64,000 nucleotides of DNA, from contig NZ_JACHJJ010000017.1 in assembly GCF_014203605.1 (NCBI RefSeq), forward strand, positions 111,192 to 175,191. Direction: 5' to 3'. Below the pieces are notes generated by a model. It made no database searches and was not told the origin of the DNA. It was given only the letters and a program-made list of their open reading frames with translations. The position numbers were made by a program, and so were the translations under genes. Below, piece after piece: positions 7,752 to 19,850 of the stretch. Position 1 is the stretch's first letter. Each line of letters opens with the position of its first letter. This stretch comes from Planomonospora venezuelensis. GTDB lineage: Bacteria > Actinomycetota > Actinomycetes > Streptosporangiales > Streptosporangiaceae.

Positions 7752-9774
7752 GCCGCCGGTTCGGCCACCACATCCACCGCCCCGCGTCCAGAGTCAGGGC
7801 GGTGAGCAGGACCGAGCGGACCACGAAGGTGTCCAGCAGGACCCCGAAGGCGACGATGAACCCGAGCTCGGCCAGGACCACCAGGGGCAGCACCCCGAGG
7901 ACGGCGAAGGTCGCCGCGAGCACCACGCCCGCCGAGGTGATCACACCTCCGGTCGCGGAGAGCCCGATGACCGCGGCCCGGCGGGTGCCGTGGGTCACGG
8001 CCTCCTCCTGGATCCTGGTGATCAGGAAGATGTTGTAGTCGACACCGACCGCGACCAGGAAGACGAAGGCCAGCAGCGGTACCCCGGTGTCCACGGCGGC
8101 GAAGCCGAACACCTCCGTGAAGATCACACCGCTCACGCCCAGCGCCGCCGCGAAGGAGAGCACGACGGTGGCCATCAGCAGCAGCGGCGCGACCAGCGCG
8201 CGGAGCAGGATCACCAGGATCACGAAGACGACCGCCAGGATCAGCGGGACGACCACCCGCAGGTCGCGTTCGGAGGCCAGCTTCCCGTCCAGGTTGACCG
8301 CCGCGGCACCGCCGACCAGCGCGTCCGGGATCTCCCGCAGCCGCTCGACCGTCTCGTAGGCGGCGGGGCTGTCCGGCGCGTCCTTCAGCGCCCCGCGCAG
8401 CAGGACGCGGCCGTCCACGGTCTCCGGCTGCCCGCCGCCCGGCCGGCCGGCTCCCGCGCCCCGCTCCCCGATCCGGTCCACGCCCCGGTCGGCGGCCACC
8501 GCCGCGGCGACCCGGTCGGCCTGGCCTGCGGGGGCGAGCACCACCAGCGACCCCTCCTGCCCGGTGTCGAAGGCCCGGTCCAGGATCTCCGCGCCGCGCA
8601 CGGACTCCGGCGCGGTCCGGTAGGCGTCGGCGTCGGCCAGCGGGCCGACGGTCGTGAGCGGCAGCGTCAGCGCCATGGCGCCCAGGACCGCCGCCGTGCC
8701 GATCCAGACGATCCGGGGGCGGACGGCGACCGCCCGGCCGATCCGGTCCCACAGGCCGGAGCCGCTTCCCACCGCGCCGCCGTACACCGGGATCTTCGGC
8801 CAGAACACCCCGCGCGGGAAGACCACGAGCAGCGCGGGCAGCAGGGTCAGCATGGCGGCGAGCGCGCAGACGACGCCCACCGCGCAGACCGGGCCGAGAC
8901 CGCGGGTGGCGTTCTGGTCGGCCACCAGCAGGCAGCAGAGACCGGCCACCACGGTGGCGGCGCTCGCCGCGATCGCCGGGGTGGCCCGGCGCAGCGCGAC
9001 GGCCATCGCCTCGTGCCGGTCCTCGTGCACGGCCAGTTCCTCGCGGTAGCGGGCGACCAGCAGCAGCGCGTAGTCGGTGGCGATGCCGAACACCAGCACC
9101 AGCAGGATGCCGCCGCTCTGCCCGCTCACGGTCAGGCCGGCGTACTCGGCCAGCAGGTAGTTGCCCGCCCGCGAGCAGACCAGCGCCACACCCGCCGCGA
9201 AGAACGGGATCAGCCAGAGCAGCGGACTGCGGTAGGTGATGAGCAGCACCAGGACGACCACGGCGGAGGTCGCCGCCAGGAGGGTCGCGTCGATCGACCC
9301 GAAGACCTCGATCGCGTCGGCGCTCTGCCCCGCCGGGCCGGTCACCAGCGCCCGGTCCCCGGTGATCTCGCGGATCCGCTCGACCGCCGCGGTCAGCACG
9401 TCGTAGTCGCTCCCGTCGAGCGGCACGACCACCTGCACGGCCCCGCCGCCGGGGGCCGGGACCGGCGGCGGCACCTGGCCGGCGACGCCCTCCACCTCGG
9501 CGAACCGCTTCGCGTCGGCGGCCGCCTCCGCGACCGGCCGGCCCTCGTAGACCACGATCGCCGGGATCCGGTCACCGGCCGCGGAGCCGCGCTGCGCGTT
9601 CTGCACCACCGTGGACTCGGCCCCGGCGGGCAGGAACGACGACGGGTCGTTGCGCTGGACCTCCTCCAGTTTTCCGCCCAGCATCCCGGCCCCGGCGGCG
9701 ACCAGCAGCCAGACCGCCACCACCACCCAGGCGCCCACCCGCCCGCACACCGCGGCGCTCAACGATCGCCTCAT
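7627..9774 (-). CDS. MMPL-family (RND-superfamily) membrane transporter
   Basis: Two 6-TM bundles separated by large extracytoplasmic domains; about 715 aa from the ATG at 9774. The ORF extends to 9822. Confidence 0.8.
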   Translation of the reverse strand: MRRSLSAAVCGRVGAWVVVAVWLLVAAGAGMLGGKLEEVQRNDPSSFLPAGAESTVVQNAQRGSAAGDRIPAIVVYEGRPVAEAAADAKRFAEVEGVAGQVPPPVPAPGGGAVQVVVPLDGSDYDVLTAAVERIREITGDRALVTGPAGQSADAIEVFGSIDATLLAATSAVVVLVLLITYRSPLLWLIPFFAAGVALVCSRAGNYLLAEYAGLTVSGQSGGILLVLVFGIATDYALLLVARYREELAVHEDRHEAMAVALRRATPAIAASAATVVAGLCCLLVADQNATRGLGPVCAVGVVCALAAMLTLLPALLVVFPRGVFWPKIPVYGGAVGSGSGLWDRIGRAVAVRPRIVWIGTAAVLGAMALTLPLTTVGPLADADAYRTAPESVRGAEILDRAFDTGQEGSLVVLAPAGQADRVAAAVAADRGVDRIGERGAGAGRPGGGQPETVDGRVLLRGALKDAPDSPAAYETVERLREIPDALVGGAAAVNLDGKLASERDLRVVVPLILAVVFVILVILLRALVAPLLLMATVVLSFAAALGVSGVIFTEVFGFAAVDTGVPLLAFVFLVAVGVDYNIFLITRIQEEAVTHGTRRAAVIGLSATGGVITSAGVVLAATFAVLGVLPLVVLAELGFIVAFGVLLDTFVVRSVLLTALTLDAGRWMWWPNRRLTRERGCGDGEPRDTERGRSAPAPSPLPRPARHGGAGRPAR

Positions 9775-9822
9775 CGCCCGATTCCCCGCCTTCCCGGAGG
9801 CCTGCCTCTGCCTGTCGGGCAT

Positions 9823-10156
9823 TCCTTCGGGCCTTCCCCGCCCTCCGGTTGCACGTCCATCGGAGAGATCTTCCGGCAGGGACGGGAACGGTCCGTGCTC
9901 CGGTCACCCTCGTCGAGGGCCATCAGAACGGCTGCCGCACTCATCTCCAACCAGACGAGCAGAAAGCAGTACGAACTGCCCTAAATCCGGCCCATCCCGA
10001 GAATCGGAAGGGTTCCCCGTCTCCGCTCCGTAAACCACAGTTCCCCCGGGAAGCAGCCCCAGGTGTCCTGGAAATCCTTTATAAAGATCAAAAAATCCTC
10101 GTATGTCATCTAGCATCGCCAGCAGAGCGATCAAGCAGTGCCCGAGGGAGAGCGTC
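9823..10156. promoter_or_regulatory. GC-poor intergenic island (..CCTTTATAAAGATCAAAAAATCCTCGTATGTCATCTAGCATCGCC..); probably divergent promoters for the MMPL gene and the methyltransferase paralog
   Basis: Local AT enrichment in 72%-GC DNA between divergent genes. Confidence 0.35.
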
Positions 10157-10966
10157 ATGGATGACGAGCAGGCGCCCGCGGGAATCGATCCGTCGATCCC
10201 CAGCGTGGCCCGGATGTACGACTACTACCTGGGCGGCAAGGACAACTTCGCCTCCGACCGCGAAGCCGCCGAGAAGATCATCGAACTCGCCCCCTACACC
10301 CGGGCCCTGACCCGGGCCAACCGCGACTTCCTCTCCCGAGCGATCACCGAGCTCGCCGGCCGGGGCGTGCGGCAGTTCCTCGACATCGGCTCCGGCCTGC
10401 CCACCCGGGAGAACGTCCACCAGGTCGCCCACCGGACCATCCCCGACGCGCGGGTCGTCTACGTCGACAACGACCCGATCGTCCTGGCGCACGGACGGGC
10501 CCTGCTGGCGGACAACCCGCACACCACCGTCGTCCAGGCCGACATGCGCGAACCCAAGGCCCTGCTCGACCACCCCGAGATCCGTGCGAACATCGACTTC
10601 GACCGGCCCGTGGGAATCCTCCTGCTGGCGATGCTGCACTTCATCCCGGACGACACCGACGCCTCGGCCATCGTCGCGGCGGTCCGCGAGGTGATGGTCC
10701 CCGGCAGCTACCTGGTGATCTCGCACGGCCATGTCGGAACTCTCACGGCAGAGTCCTACGCCAAGGCGACGGATGTCTACCGTTCCACCTCCGCCGGATC
10801 CGCCGTGCCCCGCACCCCCGCCCACCTGGCCGCCTACACCGAGGGCCTGGAGGTGCTCGACCCGGGGATCGTCCCGGTCCAGGCGTGGCGCCCGGAGTTC
10901 GAGGAGGACGCCGCGTACGACCTCAGCAAGCCCGGCATGCTCGGCGTGGTGGCCAGGATGCCGTAA
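10157..10966 (+). CDS. SAM-dependent methyltransferase (PF04672/SAM_MT family), paralog of 4041..4811
   Basis: VARMYDYYLGGKDNFASDREAAEKI..FLDIGSGLPT..VYVDNDPIVLAHGRALL; about 50% identity to the other copy by eye. Confidence 0.8.
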   Translation: MDDEQAPAGIDPSIPSVARMYDYYLGGKDNFASDREAAEKIIELAPYTRALTRANRDFLSRAITELAGRGVRQFLDIGSGLPTRENVHQVAHRTIPDARVVYVDNDPIVLAHGRALLADNPHTTVVQADMREPKALLDHPEIRANIDFDRPVGILLLAMLHFIPDDTDASAIVAAVREVMVPGSYLVISHGHVGTLTAESYAKATDVYRSTSAGSAVPRTPAHLAAYTEGLEVLDPGIVPVQAWRPEFEEDAAYDLSKPGMLGVVARMP

Positions 10967-11117
10967 GACCCCCGACGCTCATGCCTTCCGGTTCTCCGAG
11001 CGAGCCCAGGCTCTTCGGTCGGGCGCAGAGTGCCCGACCGGCTCACCTGGGCCGTTGCCGGTCACAGCAGATGCCCTGCTTCAGCGGCTCGCCGGAGCCA
11101 TGCCCGCAATGTTCCGG

Positions 11118-11777
11118 TCAGCGATCCTGCTCGCCTGTCTCACCGAACAGATCATGCACGCTCTGGACGGTCGCCGCACGGGCCGCCCAGGACTCCAGCC
11201 GGGCCAGGTCGGTGCAGGCGGTGATCCGGTCACGGATCTCCTCCGGTACTTCCAGACCGCGGGCGGTCAGCACCAGCAGCACCATCCGGGCCGCTTCCTC
11301 GGCCTTGCCCTCAGCCTTGCCCTCTTCCAGGCCGCGGCCGAAGTGCTCGCGGGCGAAGGGGCTGTAGACGGGCCAGTCGGTGGACGTCATGATCTCCTCC
11401 AGGAGTCGCCGCACGTCGGGCGCGGACATGCTGTAGGCGTGTTCATAGTACTTCGGAGCGTGGTCGGCGGGCAGGTCCGCCAGCGCCGCGGCGAACGCCT
11501 CGACGACCTTGCGCTCACGGCCGTGGACCATGACCGCCAACGCCGCCAGCTCGGGCTGGGCGGCGGCCTGCCGGGGGTCGGTGATGGCCGGGATGTCGGC
11601 CGGTCCGAGCACGCACGCCTGCAGCCGGTAGCCGCTCAGGCCCGACTCGATCGGGCGGGCGTAGTGGGCGGCGGTGCGGGCGTCGGGGCAGACGACCAGG
11701 ACGGTCGCGTCGCAGCGCAGCTGCAGCCACAGGGCGGCGGCGTAGCGGGCGAGCGATGAACGGCGCGAGCGTTTCAT
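11118..11777 (-). pseudogene. N-terminally truncated Rpn/DUF4351-family (PD-(D/E)XK-like recombination-promoting nuclease) remnant
   Basis: The C-terminal two-thirds match the actinobacterial DUF4351 pattern (..LRCDATVLVVCPD..YYEHAYSM..TSTDWPVYSPFAREHFGRG..EGKAEGKAEE..LLVLTARGLEVPEEIRDRITACTDLARLESWAARAATVQSVHDLF). Only about 118 nt separate the ORF start from the next gene, so the N-terminal about 100 aa of full-length family members cannot be encoded. Confidence 0.4.
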
Positions 11778-11895
11778 CCACCTACTGCGGCTGAGCCGGG
11801 GCCTGCTGCCGGTGGACCTGCCGGCGACCGCGTGGGGCCACCGCGGGGGCGACGGAGCGGACGGGACCGGCCGGGAGGTGCCCGCACCATCACCG

Positions 11896-12471
11896 TCAGG
11901 AGTCGATGAGGAGCCGTCGCCCGATCTCCCGGGGCACCGGGTAGAGGCGTTCCGGGGGCAGCAACCGCTGGGTCTTCGCCGGCTGCCCCGCCCGCACCAG
12001 GTCGGCGATCTTCCGGACCTGCGGGGTGATGTCGGTCAGGCCGACGACCCACTCCTCGGCGAACGCGCGGATCAGCCCGCGGCCGATGCCGGCCTGGATG
12101 CTGTAGTGGTTGAGCGCCGCTCCGCGCAACGAGCGCTCGGGGTCCCACTGGACATGGACCGCGGCCCGGTCGACGGCCCGGGGGTCGGCGGTCGTCAGCA
12201 CCGCCCGGCAGAGGGCCTCGTGCCATCCTTCGCGGGTGACCCGTACCGCCAGGACGCGTTCCTGCCCGGACTTCTGCGCCCAGTTGCTGCGGTGCATGAG
12301 CCAGAGGAACGAGGGCTTGATCCAGGTCATCCGGTTGAAGGAGAAGGGCGGCACGAACCGTCCGGCGCGCAGCGCCGCCTCGGCCACAGCCACCGGGTAG
12401 GCCTGGTACATCACGATCGTCTCGGCGTCGTAGTCGGCACGCACCTGGTACTGGGATGGCACGCCGGACAC
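11896..12471 (-). CDS. DUF4291 domain-containing protein
   Basis: Conserved core [23 protein letters not shown]; 191-aa intact ORF. Confidence 0.65.
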   Translation of the reverse strand: MSGVPSQYQVRADYDAETIVMYQAYPVAVAEAALRAGRFVPPFSFNRMTWIKPSFLWLMHRSNWAQKSGQERVLAVRVTREGWHEALCRAVLTTADPRAVDRAAVHVQWDPERSLRGAALNHYSIQAGIGRGLIRAFAEEWVVGLTDITPQVRKIADLVRAGQPAKTQRLLPPERLYPVPREIGRRLLIDS

Positions 12472-12602
12472 CCTGACATCCCGCCGCTCTTCGACACAAA
12501 GCGTTTTCCCGCCCGGCTTCCCGGGTTCGTCTGAGCGATCCAGACGTCCCGGACGCCGTTCACGAGCGATCTCGTCGGTGGCGGCGCCTACACTCCCCGA
12601 TC

Positions 12603-13136
12603 ATGAGCACCGATGAGATCCGGACTGTACGCCTGACCGTCGAAGTGGAGGACTGCGGCGTCGCCGGGCTGGCAGATGAAGACCTCACCGGATCCGCCGG
12701 AACACCGGCCCAGTCCGCTGGGATCATCAAAGTCGAGGACGGCTTCGTCACCCTCGACATCACCCACCAGTGGGGACCGGCCGACTTCGCCGTGACGGTC
12801 GCCGACCGGGACCCGGGAGCGGATCTCGCTGCCTATGAGGACATCGTCGAGATCAGCTATGTGTCGACGTCAGGCCGCGTGGCGATCGCCGGGTTCAGCC
12901 ACTACGGGGATGGGCTGTGCCCCCTTCCTCCTCTCCCCGCTGGGGCCGGGACCTACCGCATCCGGTACCACGTCAAAGGCATGGATTCCGAGGGCACGCA
13001 GGATGCCGTCGCCGACCATTACCTTCAGATCTGGCCCGCACCTCTCGGAGACCCCGTCTTCGTCAAGACGACGACTGAATATTTCCGGTACTCGCTCGAC
13101 CCCAAGAACCACAAGTGGAGCCGCGGAGAACGGTGA
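12603..13136 (+). CDS. Hypothetical protein
   Basis: Intact 177-aa ORF with GC3 bias and no recognisable domain. The N-terminus (IRTVRLTVEVEDCG) weakly resembles the N-terminus of 3449..3802 (LRLTVELTVEVQDIG). Confidence 0.4.
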   Translation: MSTDEIRTVRLTVEVEDCGVAGLADEDLTGSAGTPAQSAGIIKVEDGFVTLDITHQWGPADFAVTVADRDPGADLAAYEDIVEISYVSTSGRVAIAGFSHYGDGLCPLPPLPAGAGTYRIRYHVKGMDSEGTQDAVADHYLQIWPAPLGDPVFVKTTTEYFRYSLDPKNHKWSRGER

Positions 13137-13160
13137 CCGCCGGTGACGGGGCCGATCCGG

Positions 13161-14879
13161 CTAACCGGCCAGTCTGAGCACGGCCAGGGAGCGGGCGGGC
13201 AGGGTGAGGTCGTCGCCGTCGAGGTGGGCGCCGGGGTCGGAGGCGAGGACGATCTCGGCGGGCTGGACCCGGAGCGCGACCGGCGAGCGGCCGAGGTTCG
13301 CGGCCACCCGGAAGGCGCCCCGGTGGACGACCAGCCACGCCCCCTCGTGCTCCACCCGGACCCGGTCGAGCCGGGGATCCGACAGGTCGGGGTTGTCGCG
13401 GCGCAGCGCGATCAGTGCCCGGTACCAGTCGAGGTGGGCGCGGTGGGCGTCGTCCTCCAGCTCGCTCCAGTCGAGCTTGGAGCGCAGGAACGTCATCTCC
13501 TCGCCCGGGTCGGGCGCCTTCTCCGCCCAGTCGTCGTAGCCGAAGCCGACGAACTCGCGCCGCCGCCGGTCGGCCTCGCCGTCGCGCAGCGCCGGTTCGA
13601 CGTGGTCGGTGAAGAACAGGAACGGCGTGCGCGCCCCCCACTCCTCTCCCATGAACAGCATGGGCGTGAACGGCGAGGTCAGCAGGAGTCCGGCGGCCAG
13701 CCGGAGCGCCTCGGGGTCCATCCGGTCGCCCTCGGCGCGGTTGCCGATCTGGTCGTGGTTCTGCGCGCAGACGACGAACCGGTGGCCGGGGACGTGCCGG
13801 GCCGGGCGGCCGTGGCCGCGGCGGCGGAAGGCCGAGTAGGTCCCGTCGTGGTAGTAGGCCGAGGTCAGCACCTTGGCCAGGGTCGCGGCCGGGTCTCCGG
13901 CGAAGTCGTCGTAGTAGCCGTGCCGCTCGCCGGTCACCGCCGTGTGCAGCGCGTGGTGCACGTCGTCGTCCCAGGCGGCGGCCAGGCCGTACCCGCCGGC
14001 CTCCCGCGGGGTCATCAGCCGGGGGTCGTTCAGGTCGGACTCGGCGATGAGCGCCAGCGGGCGGCCGACGGCGGCCGACAGCGCGTCCACCTCGGCGGCC
14101 AGCTCCTCCAGGAAGTGCACGGCGCGCTTGTCGTGCAGCGCGTGCACGGCGTCCAGCCGGAGGCCGTCGACGTGGTAGTCGCGCAGCCACTGCAGCGCGT
14201 TGCCGATGAAGTAGCGGCGCACCTCGTCGGAGCCGGGGCCGTCCAGGTTGACCGCCTGCCCCCAGAAGGACGAGGCGGAGGAGTGGAAGTAGGGGCCGAA
14301 GGGGGCCAGGAAGTTGCCCGAGGGGCCGAGGTGGTTGTAGACGACGTCGAGGATCACACCGAGCCCCTGGCGGTGGCAGGCGTCCACGAAGCGCTTGAGC
14401 CCGTCGGGGCCGCCGTAGTTGTCGGTGACCGCCCACAGGTCGACCCCGTCGTAGCCCCAGTTGCGCCCGCCGGGCACCGGCGGCACCGGCATGATCTCCA
14501 CGAAACCGACACCCAGCGCGACCAGGTGGTCCAGCTTCTCGACCGCCGCCTCGAAGGTCCCGGCCGGGGTGAAGGTGCCGATGTGCAGCTCGTAGACGAC
14601 CGAGCCGGGCAGGCTCCGGCCCGCCCAGAGCCCGTCGCTCCAGGCGAACCGGTCGTGCTCGTAGACCCGGCTGGGCCCGAAGATCCCCTCCGGCTGCCAC
14701 CGGGTCCGCGGGTCGGGCAGCGGCTCGCCGCCGTCCAGCCGGAACCGGTAGTCCGTGCCGTGCCCGGCCCCCGGCACCTCGGCCCGCCACCAGCCGCCCT
14801 TCCCGGCCCGCATCGGGTGCCGGGTCCCGCCGGCCTCCACCTCGACGGCCGCCGCCTCCGGCGCCCAGACCTCGAACAT
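13161..14879 (-). CDS. treZ: Malto-oligosyltrehalose trehalohydrolase (GH13)
   Basis: GH13 catalytic segments GLGVILDVVYNHLGPSGNFL, VDGLRLDAVHAL and FMGEEWG; N-terminal E-set domain MFEVWAPEAAAVEV..YRFRLDGGEPLPDP. Confidence 0.9.
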   Translation of the reverse strand: MFEVWAPEAAAVEVEAGGTRHPMRAGKGGWWRAEVPGAGHGTDYRFRLDGGEPLPDPRTRWQPEGIFGPSRVYEHDRFAWSDGLWAGRSLPGSVVYELHIGTFTPAGTFEAAVEKLDHLVALGVGFVEIMPVPPVPGGRNWGYDGVDLWAVTDNYGGPDGLKRFVDACHRQGLGVILDVVYNHLGPSGNFLAPFGPYFHSSASSFWGQAVNLDGPGSDEVRRYFIGNALQWLRDYHVDGLRLDAVHALHDKRAVHFLEELAAEVDALSAAVGRPLALIAESDLNDPRLMTPREAGGYGLAAAWDDDVHHALHTAVTGERHGYYDDFAGDPAATLAKVLTSAYYHDGTYSAFRRRGHGRPARHVPGHRFVVCAQNHDQIGNRAEGDRMDPEALRLAAGLLLTSPFTPMLFMGEEWGARTPFLFFTDHVEPALRDGEADRRRREFVGFGYDDWAEKAPDPGEEMTFLRSKLDWSELEDDAHRAHLDWYRALIALRRDNPDLSDPRLDRVRVEHEGAWLVVHRGAFRVAANLGRSPVALRVQPAEIVLASDPGAHLDGDDLTLPARSLAVLRLAG

Positions 14880-14882
14880 CGG

Positions 14883-17175
14883 CTATCCCCTCTCCAGAAG
14901 CGCGACCGGGTGGTGCGAGAGCAGGTGGGCCAGGGGGACGCGCCCGGTGTGCTCGGCGCCGGAGAGCAGGTCCCGCCAGCGCCCGTGCGGCAGGGTCAGC
15001 GTGCGGCTCCCCCAGCCGCCGCGCCGTTCGAGCCCGACCGGGAGCCGGGTCGCCACCGCCACCGCCCGCTCCCCGCGGGCGAAGGCGACCGCGTGCTCGT
15101 CGGCTTCCAGCGGGATGTACGGCGCCGCGGGGCCGAGCCGTCGCCGCAGGTTGAGCGCCTGCCTGGTGACGAGCAGCTTGGCCGCGTCCCAGGAGGAGCC
15201 CGCGCCGTTCCCAGGCCCGCCCGCCGTACCGGCCTGCCCGCCGGCGAGCAGGCGGCGGCGGAGCGCGAAGTCGACCGGGCGCCGGTTGTCCGGGTCCACC
15301 AGGGAGAAGTCGGTGATCTCGTTGCCCCAGTAGACGTCCGGCACGCCGGGGATCATGAGCTGGACGAGCTTCTGGCCCAGCGAGTTGGCCCGCGCGTAGG
15401 GCTCGATCGAGGCGGTGAACTCCGCGATCGACGGCCCGCACTCGCCGATCGCCCGGTTCACGAAGGACCTCAGCCCCTCCTCGTAGGCCGGGTCGGGGGT
15501 GGCCCAGGAGATGGAGGTCTTGGCCTCGCGGGCCGCCTTGAACAGGTAGTCGAAGAACCGGTCGGCCCCGATCGGCCAGGCTGCCATCAGGTTCTGCCAG
15601 GCCAGGTAGTCCAGGAGCGGGTCGAAGGAGACCTTGGCCGACCACTCCCCGACCGCCTGCGCCCACCGGCCGGGCAGTTCCGACAGCACGGCGAGCCGGG
15701 CCCGGACGTCCTCCGAGCGCTTGGTGTCGTGGGTGGAGAGCGTGGTCATCGTGCCCGGCGGCATCTCCCGGCAGAACGCGTGGAACTCCTCCACGCTCCC
15801 GCCGAACCGGTCCGGCTCGCCGCCCACCTCGTTCAGGCACGACAGCGGGTACCACCGGTAGAGCGCGGTGTCCTCCACCCCCTTGGCCATCACCGGGCCG
15901 CAGATCTGCTGGAAGCGCACGACGGCGTCGGCCGGGCCGCGCAGCACCGCCTCCACCGCCTCCGCGACCGGTGCGCCGTCCGGGAGCCGGACGGCCGCGA
16001 CCGCCGCCGCCTCCTCGACGATCGCGGACGAGGCCTCGGGCACGGGTTCTCCGGGCACCGCGTAGGCCCGGTAGACGGGCATGGCGGCCAGCAGCTCGGC
16101 CAGCACCTCCCGCCCCGCCCCGGCCACCGCGCTCAGCCGGTCGAGCTCGGCGCCGAAGAACAGGTCCATGACGTATCTCTTGGACGTGTAGACGACCTCG
16201 GCGTAGTCGCGCGGCGCGCCGGTCTCCCGGACGAACAGGTCGGTCAGCGGCCCGGCCGCGGACGGCTCCACGAACAGCCCGGTGATCCGGTTGAGCACGT
16301 CGTAGCCGGTGGTGCCGTCGCAGTCCCAGTCGGCCGGGAGCCGCTCCTCACCGACCAGGATCTTCTCCGCGACCGTCCACACCCCCGACGCGGCGCGCAG
16401 CCGGGACAGGTAGCCGCGCGGGTCGGCCAGCCCGTCGGGGTGGTCCACCCGGAGGCCCTGGACGAGGCCCTCCCCGACCAGCGAGAGGATCACGGCGTGG
16501 GTGGCGTCGAACACCTCCGGGTCCTCCACCCGCACCCCGATCAGCGAGGACACGTCGAAGAACCGGCGGTAGCCCGGCCCGTCGCGCCAGTCGACCAGCC
16601 GGTAGTGCGTGTCCGGGAGGGGGAAGGCGTGGTCGTGGTAGCGGAGCACGCCGCCGTCGGCGACGGGTTCGGTGTCGTCGCCGATCACCGGCATGTTCAC
16701 CTTCCCGTCCGACCAGTCGATGTCGAACCACCGCGCGTACGGCGAGGCCGGCCCTTCGGCGAGCACCGACCACAGCTGCGCGTTGCCCGACTCCGGGACC
16801 GGGACCGTCATGTGGTTGGGCACGATGTCCAGGACGATCCCCAGTCCGTGCCGGGCCAGCTCGGCGGCCATCGCCCGCAGTCCGTCGCCCCCGCCGAACT
16901 CCTCCCGGACCCGGGAGTGGTCGGTGACGTCGTAGCCGTGCCGGGACTCGGGCACGGCCTGCAGGACGGGCGAGAGGTAGACGTGGCTGACGCCGAGCTC
17001 CCGCAGGTAGGGGGCGAGCCCGGCGGCCTCGGCGAAGCCGAAGTCGGGGGTCAGCTGGAGGCGGTAGGTGGCCGTGGGCCGGCCCGCGGGCACCGGCGGG
17101 AGGTCGGGCGCGGGGTCCGGCGCGTGCCCCGTCGCCGGGTCCGCCGCGGTGCCGAAGGCGGTGCCGGGGACGGTG

Positions 17176-17183
<8 letters not shown>
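14883..17183 (-). CDS. treY: Malto-oligosyltrehalose synthase
   Basis: N-terminal ATYRLQLTPDFGFAEAAGLAPYLRELGVSHVYLSPVLQA..GYDVTDH, typical of TreY. Its stop is 3 nt before the treZ start. Confidence 0.9.
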
Positions 17184-19281
<2,098 letters not shown>

Positions 19282-19406
19282 TTCACCGCCCTTCAGCGGT
19301 GTGGAGATATGCCCACTGATCTCCGGGCCATGCCTGCTTTCGCGGCCCGGGCGCGCGGGACCCTCCCGGGATGTCCGCCGCCGTCGCCGGAACCCCGGGA
19401 CCGCGT

Positions 19407-19784
19407 TCAGGGAACCGGGGTGGAGACGTCCACGAGCAGGCCGTTCGGATCGAGGACCAGGCAGCTCCGCTGCCCGTAGAACCGGTCGCGGGGCGGGGAG
19501 ACGACCGTGGCGCCCATCGTCACGGCGCGCTCGTGGACGGCGTCCACGTCGTCCACGACGAAGGTCAGGATCGTGCCGCGGGGCGCCTCGCGGTAGGCCT
19601 CCGGGATCAACCCGTGGTCGCGGCGCCAGACGGCGACCTCGAGGGCGGGGTCGCCCGGCGCGGACAGGTGGACGTACCAGTCCTCCTCGAAGTCGGCCTG
19701 GAGGCCCAGGAGGCCGGTGAAGAAGTCCCTGGTCTCGGGGAGCCGGTCGGACAGGATGTTGGTGAGGATGCGGTTCACGGCCAT
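19407..19784 (-). CDS. VOC-family (glyoxalase/bleomycin-resistance fold) protein
   Basis: 125 aa; beta-alpha-beta-beta-beta VOC pattern (HLSAPGDPALEVAVWRR..ILTFVVDDVDAVHERAVTMGATVV). Confidence 0.6.
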   Translation of the reverse strand: MAVNRILTNILSDRLPETRDFFTGLLGLQADFEEDWYVHLSAPGDPALEVAVWRRDHGLIPEAYREAPRGTILTFVVDDVDAVHERAVTMGATVVSPPRDRFYGQRSCLVLDPNGLLVDVSTPVP

Positions 19785-19850
19785 GGCCTTCCCTTGACCG
19801 GACCGCCCCGCCCCAAACCCGCCCCCGCCGGCCCTGCCGCGGCCGGCGGA

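Noticed and set aside
7654-9984. 776-aa plus-strand ORF antisense to the MMPL transporter (also 7697..8752)
   Set aside because: The mirror frame of a bona fide 12-TM transporter; its composition (D/E/R/G/H-rich) is not protein-like.
10020-10156. Possible riboswitch or sRNA in the AT-rich leader of the SAM-methyltransferase paralog
   Set aside because: I could not recognise any known riboswitch consensus (SAM-I/II/IV, B12, TPP) by eye; left as a generic promoter and leader region.
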